From assembly GCA_016778305.1 (NCBI GenBank), contig JADHPT010000002.1, forward strand, positions 3,649-67,648: a DNA stretch of 64,000 bases, written 5' to 3'. Shown here one piece after another: positions 10,057 to 19,853 of this stretch (its first letter is position 1; each line of letters opens with the position of its first letter). The position numbers were made by a program, and so were the translations under genes. This DNA is from Poseidonia sp. Its GTDB lineage: Archaea; Thermoplasmatota; Poseidoniia; Poseidoniales; Poseidoniaceae. The notes under the pieces were generated by a model, which was not told the DNA's origin, did not search any database, and was given only the letters and a program-made list of their open reading frames with translations.

Positions 10057-11076
10057 TCAATCGGTTAACGGTGGCCATTGCCCACCTTGCTGAATGGTAC
10101 CCACAGGCACATCACTGCCGTGGTCAACCACGACCTCGGTAAGACGGCAATTTGTGCCAACATTTGCACCTTCGCCAACGAGACAAGAAGTAAGGATTGA
10201 CCCGTCCCCAATGACGGCCTTTTCAAGAAGCGTGGAGGCCTTGAGATGTGCGGAACCGATATTGCTGCCATGACTGATCATCGATTGTTCAACGGTCGCT
10301 TCTTTGCTCAATGATTTGTAAGTAGCTTCATCAGCGAACCAGGAGGTTGTACCGGTTGGAACGAGGCCAGTGTTCCATCGTTGATGTAAAATGGATGCTT
10401 TCACGGCATCGCTCCAAGCAGCTGGGGTCCCAGCATCGATGAAGTAGCCGTCAAATGATTGCCCGCTCAACAGTTGTTCTGAGGCGAGATGTGGAAATAC
10501 TTCTCGTTCTATAGAATGCTTTCCATGAGGCATGTAGTCAAATATGTCATCTTCAAAGATGTATGAGCCTGCATTGATGAGGTTTGAAAACACCTGTTCT
10601 GGACGAGGTTTTTCCATAAATTGAGTAATGCGTGATGATTCATCGAGACCAACAATACCGAAGCGTGTTGGATCATCCACCTCCCACAACCCAAGTGTAC
10701 CTACAGATTTATTCTTGCGATGAAGCGAAAGCATTGATGAGGCATCAAGTGAAGAAATGATGTCCCCGTTGAAACAGGCAAAGGTGCCGCTCACTACATC
10801 TCGACAATTTCCAAGAGCACCGCCTGTACCCAGTGGCTCATCCTCTGGAACAATGCGGACGTCAAAGGGAGCATCGCTTGCTTTGAAGTACTCCTCAATT
10901 TGATCAATACGGTATCCTCCTGCAACGACGACCTCATCAACCATGTCCACAGGAAGTGAACTTACAACGTGTTCGAGAAGGGTCTTGTCCAAAACGGGAA
11001 GGAGCGGTTTTGGAATGCTGTGTGTCCACGGTCGCAATCGGGAGCCAACCCCACCCGCAAGAACCACGACCTGCAT
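10057..11076 (-). CDS. Sugar-phosphate nucleotidyltransferase with a C-terminal left-handed beta-helix.
   Basis: N-terminus LAGGVGSRLRP is a GxGxR pyrophosphorylase motif. Hexapeptide-repeat-like C-terminal region. Confidence 0.7.
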   Translation of the reverse strand: MQVVVLAGGVGSRLRPWTHSIPKPLLPVLDKTLLEHVVSSLPVDMVDEVVVAGGYRIDQIEEYFKASDAPFDVRIVPEDEPLGTGGALGNCRDVVSGTFACFNGDIISSLDASSMLSLHRKNKSVGTLGLWEVDDPTRFGIVGLDESSRITQFMEKPRPEQVFSNLINAGSYIFEDDIFDYMPHGKHSIEREVFPHLASEQLLSGQSFDGYFIDAGTPAAWSDAVKASILHQRWNTGLVPTGTTSWFADEATYKSLSKEATVEQSMISHGSNIGSAHLKASTLLEKAVIGDGSILTSCLVGEGANVGTNCRLTEVVVDHGSDVPVGTIQQGGQWPPLTD

Positions 11077-11212
11077 GACCTGACCCTCGGGCCACTATGA
11101 TATGAAAAGCGCGGGTTGATGAGATGCATCTTGAATCGAGGGCAGACCAATCGTGCATGGCCCAACAAAGTATTCAAAGACGGGCTTTGATACGTTACGT
11201 TTGGGAAGCGAC

Positions 11213-12421
11213 ATGAACATTCACGAATATCAGGGGAAAGCCTTGCTCAAAGCCAACGGCGTGCCCGTCCTCGAAGGCGTACACTGCATGACCGTAGAGG
11301 ACGCTCTCGCCGCCTACGATCAACTCGGCAGCAAGGTCGTTGCCGTGAAATCTCAAATTCATGCGGGCGGCCGAGGAAAGGGCACCTTGTACCACCCAGA
11401 AAGCCGCGCACACGTGATGGATGGCGGCGTGAAAATTGCCTTCTCACGGGACGAGGTGAACACCTATGCAACCAATATCCTAGGCAATGTACTGGTTACA
11501 ATTCAAACTGGCGATGAGGGTAAAATCGTGAACAATCTCTATGTTGAAGCCGGTTGCGACATCGCCCACGAATATTACCTTGCGATCCTCGTTGATAGAG
11601 AGAACAAATCTGTACTCATCATGGCATCGACAGAAGGCGGAATGGATATTGAACATGTTGCAGAAACCACGCCAGAAAAAATCCACAAGATCTCAGTCGA
11701 CCCCAACGCCGGCTTGCTCGGCTATCAGAAGCGAGACCTTGCTCTCGCACTTGGTTTGACGGGAGCAGCGCACAAATCCTTCGGCAAGGCTTTGAGTTCA
11801 ATGTACAGCATGTTTGTTGCGAGTGACTGTGCCATGCTCGAAATCAATCCACTTGTCAAAACCGCAGACGAACAGATTGTTGCTCTTGACGCAAAAGTCT
11901 CTTTTGATGAAAACGCAGAATTCCGCCATAAGAGCTGGGATGAGCTTCGCGACCTTTCAGAAGAAGAAGATGTGGAAATTCGCGCAAAGGAAACCGGACT
12001 TTCCTATGTGAAATTGGACGGCAACATCGGCTGCCTTGTAAACGGGGCCGGGCTTGCTATGGCGACCATGGACGTCATCAAACTCTACGGTGGCGAACCT
12101 GCAAATTTCCTCGATGTGGGGGGCGGAGCGAATGAAGAGCAGGTAAAGACTGCTTTTTCCATCATCCTTGAAGATCCTAACGTCAAAGGAATTCTGGTCA
12201 ATATCTTCGGAGGCATCATGCGCTGCGACATTATCGCACGCGGTGTGATCGCAGCAACTGAAGCCTTGGACCTCGATGTACCACTCGTGGTAAGGCTCGC
12301 AGGAACCAATGTCGACGAAGGCAAGGCGATTCTTGCAGCATCCGACCTCAACATCCACCCAGCTGACGACCTCGCTGAGGGCGCTCAACGAATTGTTGAA
12401 TTGATTGGAGGTGCTGCTTGA
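11213..12421 (+). CDS. sucC: Succinyl-CoA synthetase beta subunit (ADP-forming).
   Basis: ATP-grasp N-terminus ([12 protein letters not shown]). The ligase-CoA domain follows. The stop overlaps the sucD start. Confidence 0.85.
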   Translation: MNIHEYQGKALLKANGVPVLEGVHCMTVEDALAAYDQLGSKVVAVKSQIHAGGRGKGTLYHPESRAHVMDGGVKIAFSRDEVNTYATNILGNVLVTIQTGDEGKIVNNLYVEAGCDIAHEYYLAILVDRENKSVLIMASTEGGMDIEHVAETTPEKIHKISVDPNAGLLGYQKRDLALALGLTGAAHKSFGKALSSMYSMFVASDCAMLEINPLVKTADEQIVALDAKVSFDENAEFRHKSWDELRDLSEEEDVEIRAKETGLSYVKLDGNIGCLVNGAGLAMATMDVIKLYGGEPANFLDVGGGANEEQVKTAFSIILEDPNVKGILVNIFGGIMRCDIIARGVIAATEALDLDVPLVVRLAGTNVDEGKAILAASDLNIHPADDLAEGAQRIVELIGGAA

Positions 12422-13344
12422 TGGCGATATGGATTGAAGAAGATGCAAAAGTACTCGTTCAGGGTATCACCGGAAAGCAAGGCCAATTTCACGCAGATAA
12501 GATGGTGGAATATGGTACTCAAATCGTCGGAGGATGCACGCCAGGAAAGGGTGGACAAAGCGTTGACCTTCAAGGCAAAGCCTTTCCAGTTTGGGATTCT
12601 ATGTTTGAAGCCATTGAGGCAACTGATGCAGATGCAACCGTCATCTACGTTCCTCCCCCATTCGCAGCAGAAGCCATCATGGAAGCCGCAGACGCCTTTG
12701 ATTCAATCAAAGGGGAAGGCGTTGTTGTCTGCATCACGGAAGGGATTCCCACACTCGACATGGTGAAAGCCGTCGCCTTTGTGGAAAACCGACCCGGTGT
12801 CCGTCTTATTGGACCAAATTGCCCCGGTATCATCACCCCTGGGGATGGCGGAGGAGCAAAAATTGGAATCATGCCCGGCCACATTCACGCAAAAGGTCGC
12901 ATCGGAATCGTTTCCAAATCGGGAACGCTGACCTATGAGGCCGTGGCTCAAACCATGAGCATTGATGAAGGACAATCGACCTGTGTTGGAATCGGAGGCG
13001 ACCCCGTCAATGGAACAGGTTTCATTGAATGTTTAGCAGCCTTTGAGGCCGATGAACAAACTCAGGCTATTGTCATGATTGGAGAAATCGGCGGTAATGC
13101 CGAGCAAGAAGCGGCTGCATGGGCTGCTGAAAATGTGACTAAGCCAATTGTTGGTTTCGTCGCTGGCGCAACTGCTCCACCCGGTAAGAGAATGGGGCAT
13201 GCTGGAGCAATTATCTCTGGTGGAAAGGGAACCGCAGAAGAAAAGTTTGCTGCTTTTGAAGCAGCAGGTATCGCTTGTGCCAAGGACCCTTCAGAACTAG
13301 GGAGTGTACTCCTAGAGTCGTTAAAGAAAGCTGGCCTAAGGTGA
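12421..13344 (+). CDS. sucD: Succinyl-CoA synthetase alpha subunit.
   Basis: CoA-binding N-terminus ([11 protein letters not shown]) and GPNCPG motif. Confidence 0.85.
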   Translation: MAIWIEEDAKVLVQGITGKQGQFHADKMVEYGTQIVGGCTPGKGGQSVDLQGKAFPVWDSMFEAIEATDADATVIYVPPPFAAEAIMEAADAFDSIKGEGVVVCITEGIPTLDMVKAVAFVENRPGVRLIGPNCPGIITPGDGGGAKIGIMPGHIHAKGRIGIVSKSGTLTYEAVAQTMSIDEGQSTCVGIGGDPVNGTGFIECLAAFEADEQTQAIVMIGEIGGNAEQEAAAWAAENVTKPIVGFVAGATAPPGKRMGHAGAIISGGKGTAEEKFAAFEAAGIACAKDPSELGSVLLESLKKAGLR

Positions 13345-13353
13345 GAATTAGTA

Positions 13354-14631
13354 ATGAAAGATTTTGATTTTAATCAATATTATCAAAATCATGAAGTTGA
13401 CTTTACTTGGCTAGAAAAGCCTAGTCAGCACGAATTTCGCTGGCGCTGTGCTGATGGTAGTTGGCGAAAGTCAAAACGAAGAGTCAGTTCAATTGAGACA
13501 TTCAGGAAATCAATTTCTCAAGATAATCCTAGTGACCTCTACTTTTCCACATCTTCTTGGCTAAACCCTATTGATTTGCCAAGACTAAGTGATGAAACAA
13601 GACCTCACCCCATTCTTTTGAATCACTTGATTGTGTTTGATATTGACTTCGCCCCGTTATCTCTTGAGAACTTAGAACAGGCTAGAACAACAACACTGAA
13701 ATTACACAACTGGATTGAAAAAAATTATGATTATGAATTAATATCAATCTCATTCTCCGGTAGCAAAGGTTTCCATCTATTCTACCATGATCTAGACAGG
13801 AGTTTATTTTCCATTGAAAATGCAAGGGAAAGAGAACATGCCGTAAAAGCAGCGCGCAATAAATTGCTCCAAGAGGTATTGCTGTCAGGTTTCAAAGTAG
13901 ACCCAAGGATTACTGCTGATACCCGTAGAATCATTCGCTTACCCGGCAGTATACACGGCAAAACAGGATTATTATGCCACAGGATAAGTCTAGAAAGATT
14001 GAGCAAGAGCGTTGATTCTTGGATTGATCAAGTTCCTAGCTTTTTTGGGCAATTAGAAATGCCTAAGACTGCAAAGGCTCAAGATAAAACAACGGTAACG
14101 AAATACCTCAAAGAAAAAGAGGAACAAGTCGAACAACACACCTACATGATGGAAGTTAGCAATCACTTACCTGGAACCAAGGATAGAAGCGCACTAATCT
14201 TTTGGACACCTTATTCGTGGGGTACAGGTGCAAAATGCTTTGAACGTTTAAACACTCTAATAGAAAAGGAAAATCTAGACTGTTGTGCTATTTTTTCTGA
14301 TGGGGAAAGAGTTCTTTTCATTTGCCCTGAATCTATCACTAGGGCAAAGGTAGTAAAAATTCTAAGCGAGCTAGGTATTGAGAAATTATCGGAGAATCTA
14401 AAACAAAGAGAACATTATTGGGTTAGAATATCGGGTATAATGGATGATGATGGTATATGGCACAATGAGCCAAAGTTTATCTCTATTATTAACAATAATA
14501 ATTCAACATCAATTTTTTCAAAAGCACACTTAACATTACTAACTAAACTTGGTATTCCCATTGATAATTCTCAACATGATAAACTCGCAGGAAACAGTGA
14601 ACCAAGCATTAGAATGGTTGTTCGAGACTGA
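13354..14631 (+). CDS. Archaeo-eukaryotic primase superfamily PrimPol-like protein (425 aa) with an uncharacterised C-terminal half.
   Basis: AEP motifs are present: VFDIDF (DxD), SGSKGFHLFY (sxH) and RIIRLPGSIHGKTG. The gene starts 10 bp after the sucD stop. Its base composition is very AT-rich. Confidence 0.7.
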   Translation: MKDFDFNQYYQNHEVDFTWLEKPSQHEFRWRCADGSWRKSKRRVSSIETFRKSISQDNPSDLYFSTSSWLNPIDLPRLSDETRPHPILLNHLIVFDIDFAPLSLENLEQARTTTLKLHNWIEKNYDYELISISFSGSKGFHLFYHDLDRSLFSIENAREREHAVKAARNKLLQEVLLSGFKVDPRITADTRRIIRLPGSIHGKTGLLCHRISLERLSKSVDSWIDQVPSFFGQLEMPKTAKAQDKTTVTKYLKEKEEQVEQHTYMMEVSNHLPGTKDRSALIFWTPYSWGTGAKCFERLNTLIEKENLDCCAIFSDGERVLFICPESITRAKVVKILSELGIEKLSENLKQREHYWVRISGIMDDDGIWHNEPKFISIINNNNSTSIFSKAHLTLLTKLGIPIDNSQHDKLAGNSEPSIRMVVRD

Positions 14632-14724
14632 TTATTTATAGACTGCTTGCCGATACCTCAGATTGTCCCCAATGGAGTCTTAGGACTGTGACATTTTTCT
14701 AAAGAAGTAGAAACAATCGGTGAC

Positions 14725-14756
14725 GGCGCTCGGGGACAGCGCCTAGCCACATTTTT
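14725..14756 (+). terminator. Hairpin (GGCGCT-7 nt-AGCGCC) followed by a T5 run. Candidate terminator after the PrimPol gene.
   Basis: Perfect 6-bp inverted repeat followed by an oligo-T tract in the intergenic gap. Confidence 0.3.
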
Positions 14757-14764
14757 GTGATAAT

Positions 14765-15418
14765 ATGGTTTTAAGAAAATATATTTCAACCGTATCACTT
14801 TGTTTTCTCTTGATAGGATTAATCACACAGTCTTATCGTGATCCTGTTCATCCAGGATTATGGCTCACTTTATCTTGTTTTGTTGGTTTTGCATTATTTT
14901 GTCAAATACTTGTTAGCGTCGGGATTATGGAAATTTCGGGGCCAAAACAGGAAGCAAGAAGAGTTAGACTCGGAAATAATCAACACACTAATGATTACCG
15001 GTATTATCATTACAAATCAATAGTTGCTAAAGTACAATCAAGTGGAGTAACTGTAACTACCGTTGAAGATGCTATCAAGACATATTCAAGTTTGTTCAAT
15101 GTCGGACAAAAGGCAGCAAGGCCTTTTTTTCACAATCAGTTTGTCATGTCTACTTTGGGATTAAGTAACCAAGTAATAGATTCTCCTTCACAAGTCATAA
15201 ACCCATCTAACGATAAATCCAAAAAATTAGATTCAACCTTTTGGGATAATGTTTCAAAGGGTGTTGCAATAAATGAAGGAAACTCTGATGAAATTTGTGC
15301 AGACCCTAACTGTTCAAAGCCTGTGTCTGCATTTGATTTCCGTTGCTTCAAGTGCCGAAGTAGATTCTGTGGTGATTGTGAAAGTGGCAAGAGCATTATG
15401 TGCAAGGCATGTTCATAG
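14765..15418 (+). CDS. Membrane-anchored protein with a C-terminal multi-Cys zinc-ribbon cluster.
   Basis: Two N-terminal TM helices. C-terminus reads CADPNC...CFKCRSRFCGDC...CKAC. Low GC, like its neighbours. Confidence 0.5.
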   Translation: MVLRKYISTVSLCFLLIGLITQSYRDPVHPGLWLTLSCFVGFALFCQILVSVGIMEISGPKQEARRVRLGNNQHTNDYRYYHYKSIVAKVQSSGVTVTTVEDAIKTYSSLFNVGQKAARPFFHNQFVMSTLGLSNQVIDSPSQVINPSNDKSKKLDSTFWDNVSKGVAINEGNSDEICADPNCSKPVSAFDFRCFKCRSRFCGDCESGKSIMCKACS

Positions 15419-18196
15419 GAATATTTCTTTTCTGTGTAAAGAATTTTGAGGGATCATCGTAGATGCCTTAATGATTTCAACTCTCATTTTACCATCTTTA
15501 CTTCTTGCGTAAAATAGCTCTGATGGGCTGACAAATTGATTCCAATATTGCTGGAAGATTTCAGCCTTTTCTGATGATGCAGCCAGAATTTTGGGGACTG
15601 TGTGGTACATTACAAGTTTGTCTTTTACTGGCCTGAAAAACTTGGCAATAACTTCAGGCATGAGTTTTGATAACCATGTGTCGGTAATAAATTTGGAAGA
15701 ACGGGAAATAACATATCTTGGCTTGTCTAATGGTCCAAGTATTTCCTCTAAACAAGCAGTAAACAATGCACTCTCTTCTTCAGTAGCATTCTCGAGATGT
15801 AAGCGTACCCAGCCACCTCCTCGATTACCACCATCTGCCCGACAATTCCTCGAAACCATTCCAAGATGGATGAGGCTGTTGATTATTGAAAGTGAAATGG
15901 CTTTTACTAGAGATTCGTCAGTCCAAGGTGATTTTTCTCTACCAAACTTAAATCCGCCACCAAAACCAGTACTTAACCTAGCTTCGATTGCTGAAGTTGG
16001 TTTTGCATTAAATGGTTGGCCTATCCCCCATAATCCTCTGAGATGAGTCCTATTCCGGCTACGTCGCAACATATCTTCATTAAATGCTGACATTCCCTCA
16101 CTTACTCCTTCTGGCTCAGCCTCAGTAAATGCTGCATGAACATGGCCAACTCCTTTCTCAATTGCACCATCATCACATACACCATACAGTTGCTTATGCT
16201 TTTTCTTGAAACGGTCATAATCAGCAAAGCCATTGGTGAACTCTTCCGCTAAACAAACAATATCCCAATTATTGGCAACTTTTTCCGGCCAGTTTTTATC
16301 TAATCTTATTGAGCGACCCCTCAGTTGATTGATACTCATGCTGGTAGTAACAGTTGTTAGATCGATTAGTACGTTGATTCGTGATGCATCCCAGCCTTCT
16401 CCAAGAAGACCTCGTGTTCCAATAAGACACTTTGTAATGCCTGATTGGAAAAACTCAGTTATCATTAACGAATAGTGTCGGGGAATCCAGTCCTTGCCTT
16501 TACCAATAATTTCATGATAATCTCCTCTTAACTCATCGATCAAAGTTATTGCTAGGTCTCTTTCTTTTATCCAATTATTTGCTGCTTTAAGGAATTCTTC
16601 CGCAAGGTCATCATCAACAAGTACTGTACTACCTGTCATCAAAATCGGATTTAGTAAATCTACATTATCGCATCGTACTGCTTGTCTAAATGCTGCAACT
16701 GCGCCACCTGCTTCATCATCCATCACCCCTTCGACCAAAGTCGTGGCTGATGTTTTCTCAAAATCGGTTATTATTACTGCTCGGATATCCCCGCCTAAGG
16801 CTTGCATTTCAGAACTTAGAATTGTAGATATTGCCTTTGTTTTTGATGATGCATAGGCCATTATCCTGCCGACTGGTGAGGCGCAAGGACGAATCCCTGT
16901 TTCAGTTATTTGAGTGCCTAACATCCGCAACCTTTGAGTAACCAAGTCTGCTTTTTTATGGTCCAATTTACTTTCACTTCTGCGTAATCCATGCCTTACA
17001 TAGCGGTCTAATACTGGTCTTAGTATTGCCAGCTTATTTTGGTAATTCTCTAAAAGGTGGCTTGGTGGATGAGGTACTCCTGCTGGCAAATCACCATTTG
17101 TGTAAATCAAAAAAGCCCTAGCTGCATCGGCAAACGCAGAGTTTCTTTTGGCAAATTGTTTCCAATCTTCCTCCTTACCCCCTGGGGATTTTCTTTCATC
17201 AAGAGCATCAAAAATCCATTTATTAATTGGTGCTGTGGCATCTTCATAATTTTGTTCTTGATGTAAATCATCGAGTATTTCCTTGAATTCTTCATCAACC
17301 TGTGCAACGTAATTTAATTCATTTTGCGATGGCCTAACAAAATAAGCCAGGTCTTGGTAAGGAGCTAGGTTTGAATCTCTTACTAAAGCCGGCACTGGAA
17401 CTTCATAGTCAATATCCCCAAAGAATTCTTGATATCTTTTAGAATCAATCTCATCATAATGTTCAAAATCCGGCGGAGTTGCTGTTAGGCCAAGGACAAT
17501 TGGATTATCGAAGTATTCTCGTACCTCTGTAAGAACTCTACCCCAATGGTGTAGTAAATGATGACACTCATCCAAGATTATCAAACCGATACCAACTTGT
17601 TTTAATCGCTCCAAGGTTTTTCTCGATGATTCACTTAGAGTCCATAAAGCGTTACCATGTTGCGAGAAATCATCTCTAACCTTTTTTCTATAGACCGATA
17701 TCCTATCTTCGAAATATTTGGTGTTTTTCAGCTGTAAATCATTTATCCAAGCAAGAGCAGATTCATCATCGATTGCCTCTTTTTTAGTAATTAATGACTT
17801 TATCCAAAGTTCAATTGCAGCCTCATCTAGATTCTCTCCTCCCATCTTTGGCATAGTTATTGACTGATATGTTAGACTGGTCAATAAACCAGGGTTTGCT
17901 GGATCAGTACTAATAAATTCATCTTTCCCATCTAAATCAAAAAGGTCGGTTCGTGCTGCCCACTGTGCCTGAATTGCTGAGTTAGGAGAGAGGACTAAGG
18001 TCGGTTTTCTTACCAGGTCAGACCAAACATACAGACCTAGTACTGTTTTTCCGGAACCTGGTGGAGCAACTATGTGTAAGTGCTTTCCTTGTTGATCTAG
18101 TTCAGGTTCAATTATTGAGGCAGCCGCTATTTGTGAAGGTCTTAATTTACCATTGAATCTTATAGCCCCAAATTCTGGTAAAGTTTCAGTGCCCAA
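15413..18196 (-). CDS. Superfamily-2 DExH-box helicase (927 aa) with a ~450-aa uncharacterised C-terminal region.
   Basis: Motif I APPGSGKT, motif II ILDECHH and motif III GLTATP are present. The helicase-C motif LRGRSIR is also there. Low GC. Confidence 0.7.
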   Translation of the reverse strand: MGTETLPEFGAIRFNGKLRPSQIAAASIIEPELDQQGKHLHIVAPPGSGKTVLGLYVWSDLVRKPTLVLSPNSAIQAQWAARTDLFDLDGKDEFISTDPANPGLLTSLTYQSITMPKMGGENLDEAAIELWIKSLITKKEAIDDESALAWINDLQLKNTKYFEDRISVYRKKVRDDFSQHGNALWTLSESSRKTLERLKQVGIGLIILDECHHLLHHWGRVLTEVREYFDNPIVLGLTATPPDFEHYDEIDSKRYQEFFGDIDYEVPVPALVRDSNLAPYQDLAYFVRPSQNELNYVAQVDEEFKEILDDLHQEQNYEDATAPINKWIFDALDERKSPGGKEEDWKQFAKRNSAFADAARAFLIYTNGDLPAGVPHPPSHLLENYQNKLAILRPVLDRYVRHGLRRSESKLDHKKADLVTQRLRMLGTQITETGIRPCASPVGRIMAYASSKTKAISTILSSEMQALGGDIRAVIITDFEKTSATTLVEGVMDDEAGGAVAAFRQAVRCDNVDLLNPILMTGSTVLVDDDLAEEFLKAANNWIKERDLAITLIDELRGDYHEIIGKGKDWIPRHYSLMITEFFQSGITKCLIGTRGLLGEGWDASRINVLIDLTTVTTSMSINQLRGRSIRLDKNWPEKVANNWDIVCLAEEFTNGFADYDRFKKKHKQLYGVCDDGAIEKGVGHVHAAFTEAEPEGVSEGMSAFNEDMLRRSRNRTHLRGLWGIGQPFNAKPTSAIEARLSTGFGGGFKFGREKSPWTDESLVKAISLSIINSLIHLGMVSRNCRADGGNRGGGWVRLHLENATEEESALFTACLEEILGPLDKPRYVISRSSKFITDTWLSKLMPEVIAKFFRPVKDKLVMYHTVPKILAASSEKAEIFQQYWNQFVSPSELFYARSKDGKMRVEIIKASTMIPQNSLHRKEIFL

Positions 18197-18208
18197 AAGT
18201 AACCCTCA

Positions 18209-19825
18209 TCATCTAGGAGGGCCACGCTTAGGTCCCTTCGGAAGGCCGCTTTTCGGACCGCCCGATGGAGGTCCTCTTGATGAGCCACCAGGTGGTCCCG
18301 GTTTCTTGGTTGGTGGTGATTTTGATGGAGGTGATCTTCCCGGTGCCTTAGATGGTCCGCCGGGTGGGCCGCCTTTGGATGGACCGCCGGGTGGGCCGCC
18401 TCTGGATGGACCGCCCGGAGGACCGCCGCTCTTCTTCGGACCGCCCGGAGGACCGCCGCTCTTCTTCGGACCGCCCGGAGGACCGCCGCTCTTCTTCGGA
18501 CCCGGAGGACCGCCGCTCTTCTTGGGACCGGGTGGACCGCCGCTCTTCTTCGGACCCGGAGGACCGCCGCTCTTCTTGGGACCGGGTGGACCGCCGCTCT
18601 TCTTGGGACCGGGTGGACCTGAGCGGGATGGAGTAGGAGCTTGTTCTTCCTCTTCTTCTTCTTCGAACACAGCGCCACAATGTGGACAAGTGGAGTCGCT
18701 TTCTTTCACCAAACCATCGCATATTTCACATGCAAACATGTCTTCTTCTGGTTCCTCTTCGCCGATTTTCTCTGTTTTGCCATCCTTGGAACGGAACAAT
18801 GTCACGGTACATGACAGGTCATATCCCTTGAGGGCCATTTCAGTTTGGATGGCATGTTCAAAGGCTTGCGTCAAATCTTCGGGAGTATCCAACACTCTTC
18901 CATCGTCAACATAGGTCACATTCACCTGGAAAACATCTCCTTCCAGCTTACATTGTGGGGCTTCAACGGCAACACCACGTTTTCGTGCTACCCTGCGAAT
19001 GGCAACTTCAGAGATTCTACGGAGAAGTGCATCATTGGGCGCATCATTACTGCTGCCACCAAGAGCGCCTGCCATGATCTCCGCAGCAGGGTTGACTGCA
19101 TCAGCACCTCCTGCACGGAGATGGGCTGGAAGCTCTCCTCCCCCAAGGTTTGCAAGGACGTTTGAGGCAGGTGATTGGTTCATCGAAAGCCATTGACTAC
19201 GTCGCTCATCTTTGACCGCTCGCTCAGCTTCTGCCAAACGATTGACCATAGCATCGGTTGGTGAATTGGCGGGATTGTGCGCGATTTTCGTTCCTCCGGG
19301 AGAAAGTGGGGAGACGTTATTGGTTGCAGGAAGAGCGCCGCTTGCAATCGACGGCCCGCGAGGGATGGTTGGCAAATCAGATGCAGGTGGCATATTCGTT
19401 GGTTGAGGTTGGGGGGGGAATTGGTTGTTCGGGAGATAACCGCCTTGCAAAGGTTGGTTGGGATAAACGCCAGGTGGAAGATTTGGTTGTTGTTGAATAC
19501 CTTGTGCCATACCCTGCAACATATCGGGGGAGATTTGACCCATTTGGTTCATATTATGTTCCTGTTGCATCCGTTGGTCATGGCCTGCGACGGGGTCAAA
19601 TGTACGTGGTTGTTGAGGGAAAGGAGGAAGATTTTGAGGTATGTGTTGAGGGGGGTTTGGCTGGAAGCCTCCAGCAACTGTGTTATCTTGCCTTGCGCCG
19701 CATTCAGGGCAGAACATACTGTCTGCTGGAATAACTTCTCCACAAGAACCGCAATTCATGGTGCCCTCTCCTGTAAGATACGCTTGGGTCACCCTTCCTA
19801 AAGCATTGTGTAAAAAAGCCATCAA
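18209..19825 (-). CDS. Pro/Gln-rich low-complexity protein with N- and C-terminal zinc ribbons and tandem PPGPKKSGG repeats. The start is more likely the internal Met near 19759.
   Basis: CGSCGEV...CPEC and CEIC...CPHC zinc ribbons. An acidic E-run and about 10 tandem basic Pro-Gly repeats. Only 13 bp separate its stop from the helicase start. Confidence 0.55.
   Translation of the reverse strand: MMAFLHNALGRVTQAYLTGEGTMNCGSCGEVIPADSMFCPECGARQDNTVAGGFQPNPPQHIPQNLPPFPQQPRTFDPVAGHDQRMQQEHNMNQMGQISPDMLQGMAQGIQQQPNLPPGVYPNQPLQGGYLPNNQFPPQPQPTNMPPASDLPTIPRGPSIASGALPATNNVSPLSPGGTKIAHNPANSPTDAMVNRLAEAERAVKDERRSQWLSMNQSPASNVLANLGGGELPAHLRAGGADAVNPAAEIMAGALGGSSNDAPNDALLRRISEVAIRRVARKRGVAVEAPQCKLEGDVFQVNVTYVDDGRVLDTPEDLTQAFEHAIQTEMALKGYDLSCTVTLFRSKDGKTEKIGEEEPEEDMFACEICDGLVKESDSTCPHCGAVFEEEEEEEQAPTPSRSGPPGPKKSGGPPGPKKSGGPPGPKKSGGPPGPKKSGGPPGPKKSGGPPGGPKKSGGPPGGPKKSGGPPGGPSRGGPPGGPSKGGPPGGPSKAPGRSPPSKSPPTKKPGPPGGSSRGPPSGGPKSGLPKGPKRGPPR
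18355..18625 (-). repeat. In-frame tandem repeat of 27-30 bp with about 10 units, including three identical 30-bp copies.
   Basis: Units of type ggaccgcccggaggaccgccgctcttcttc repeat head-to-tail. They encode PPGPKKSGG. Confidence 0.85.
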
Positions 19826-19853
19826 TTCCTACCACATCTGAGGAGATATTGCT

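Noticed and set aside
13345-18200. Possibility that the low-GC island is a complete integrated virus or plasmid with an integrase and att sites.
   Set aside because: No integrase, transposase, capsid or terminase-like gene is recognisable. No tRNA flanks the island and no obvious direct repeats lie at the boundaries. The nearest tRNA is 20 kb away. It is kept as a finding, but only as a reduced or cryptic module.
18355-18625. Regularly spaced 27-30 bp direct repeats that could superficially resemble a CRISPR array.
   Set aside because: The units are contiguous with no unique spacers. They are entirely in frame within a long ORF and encode PPGPKKSGG. There are no cas genes. This is a coding tandem repeat.
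18160-18722. Several overlapping ORFs on both strands (18153..18914 +, 18160..18678 -, 18348..18722 -, 18352..18636 +).
   Set aside because: They are shadow frames created by the GC-rich Pro/Gly repeat. Only the minus-strand frame continuous with the Zn-ribbon N- and C-termini (18209..19825) makes a coherent protein.
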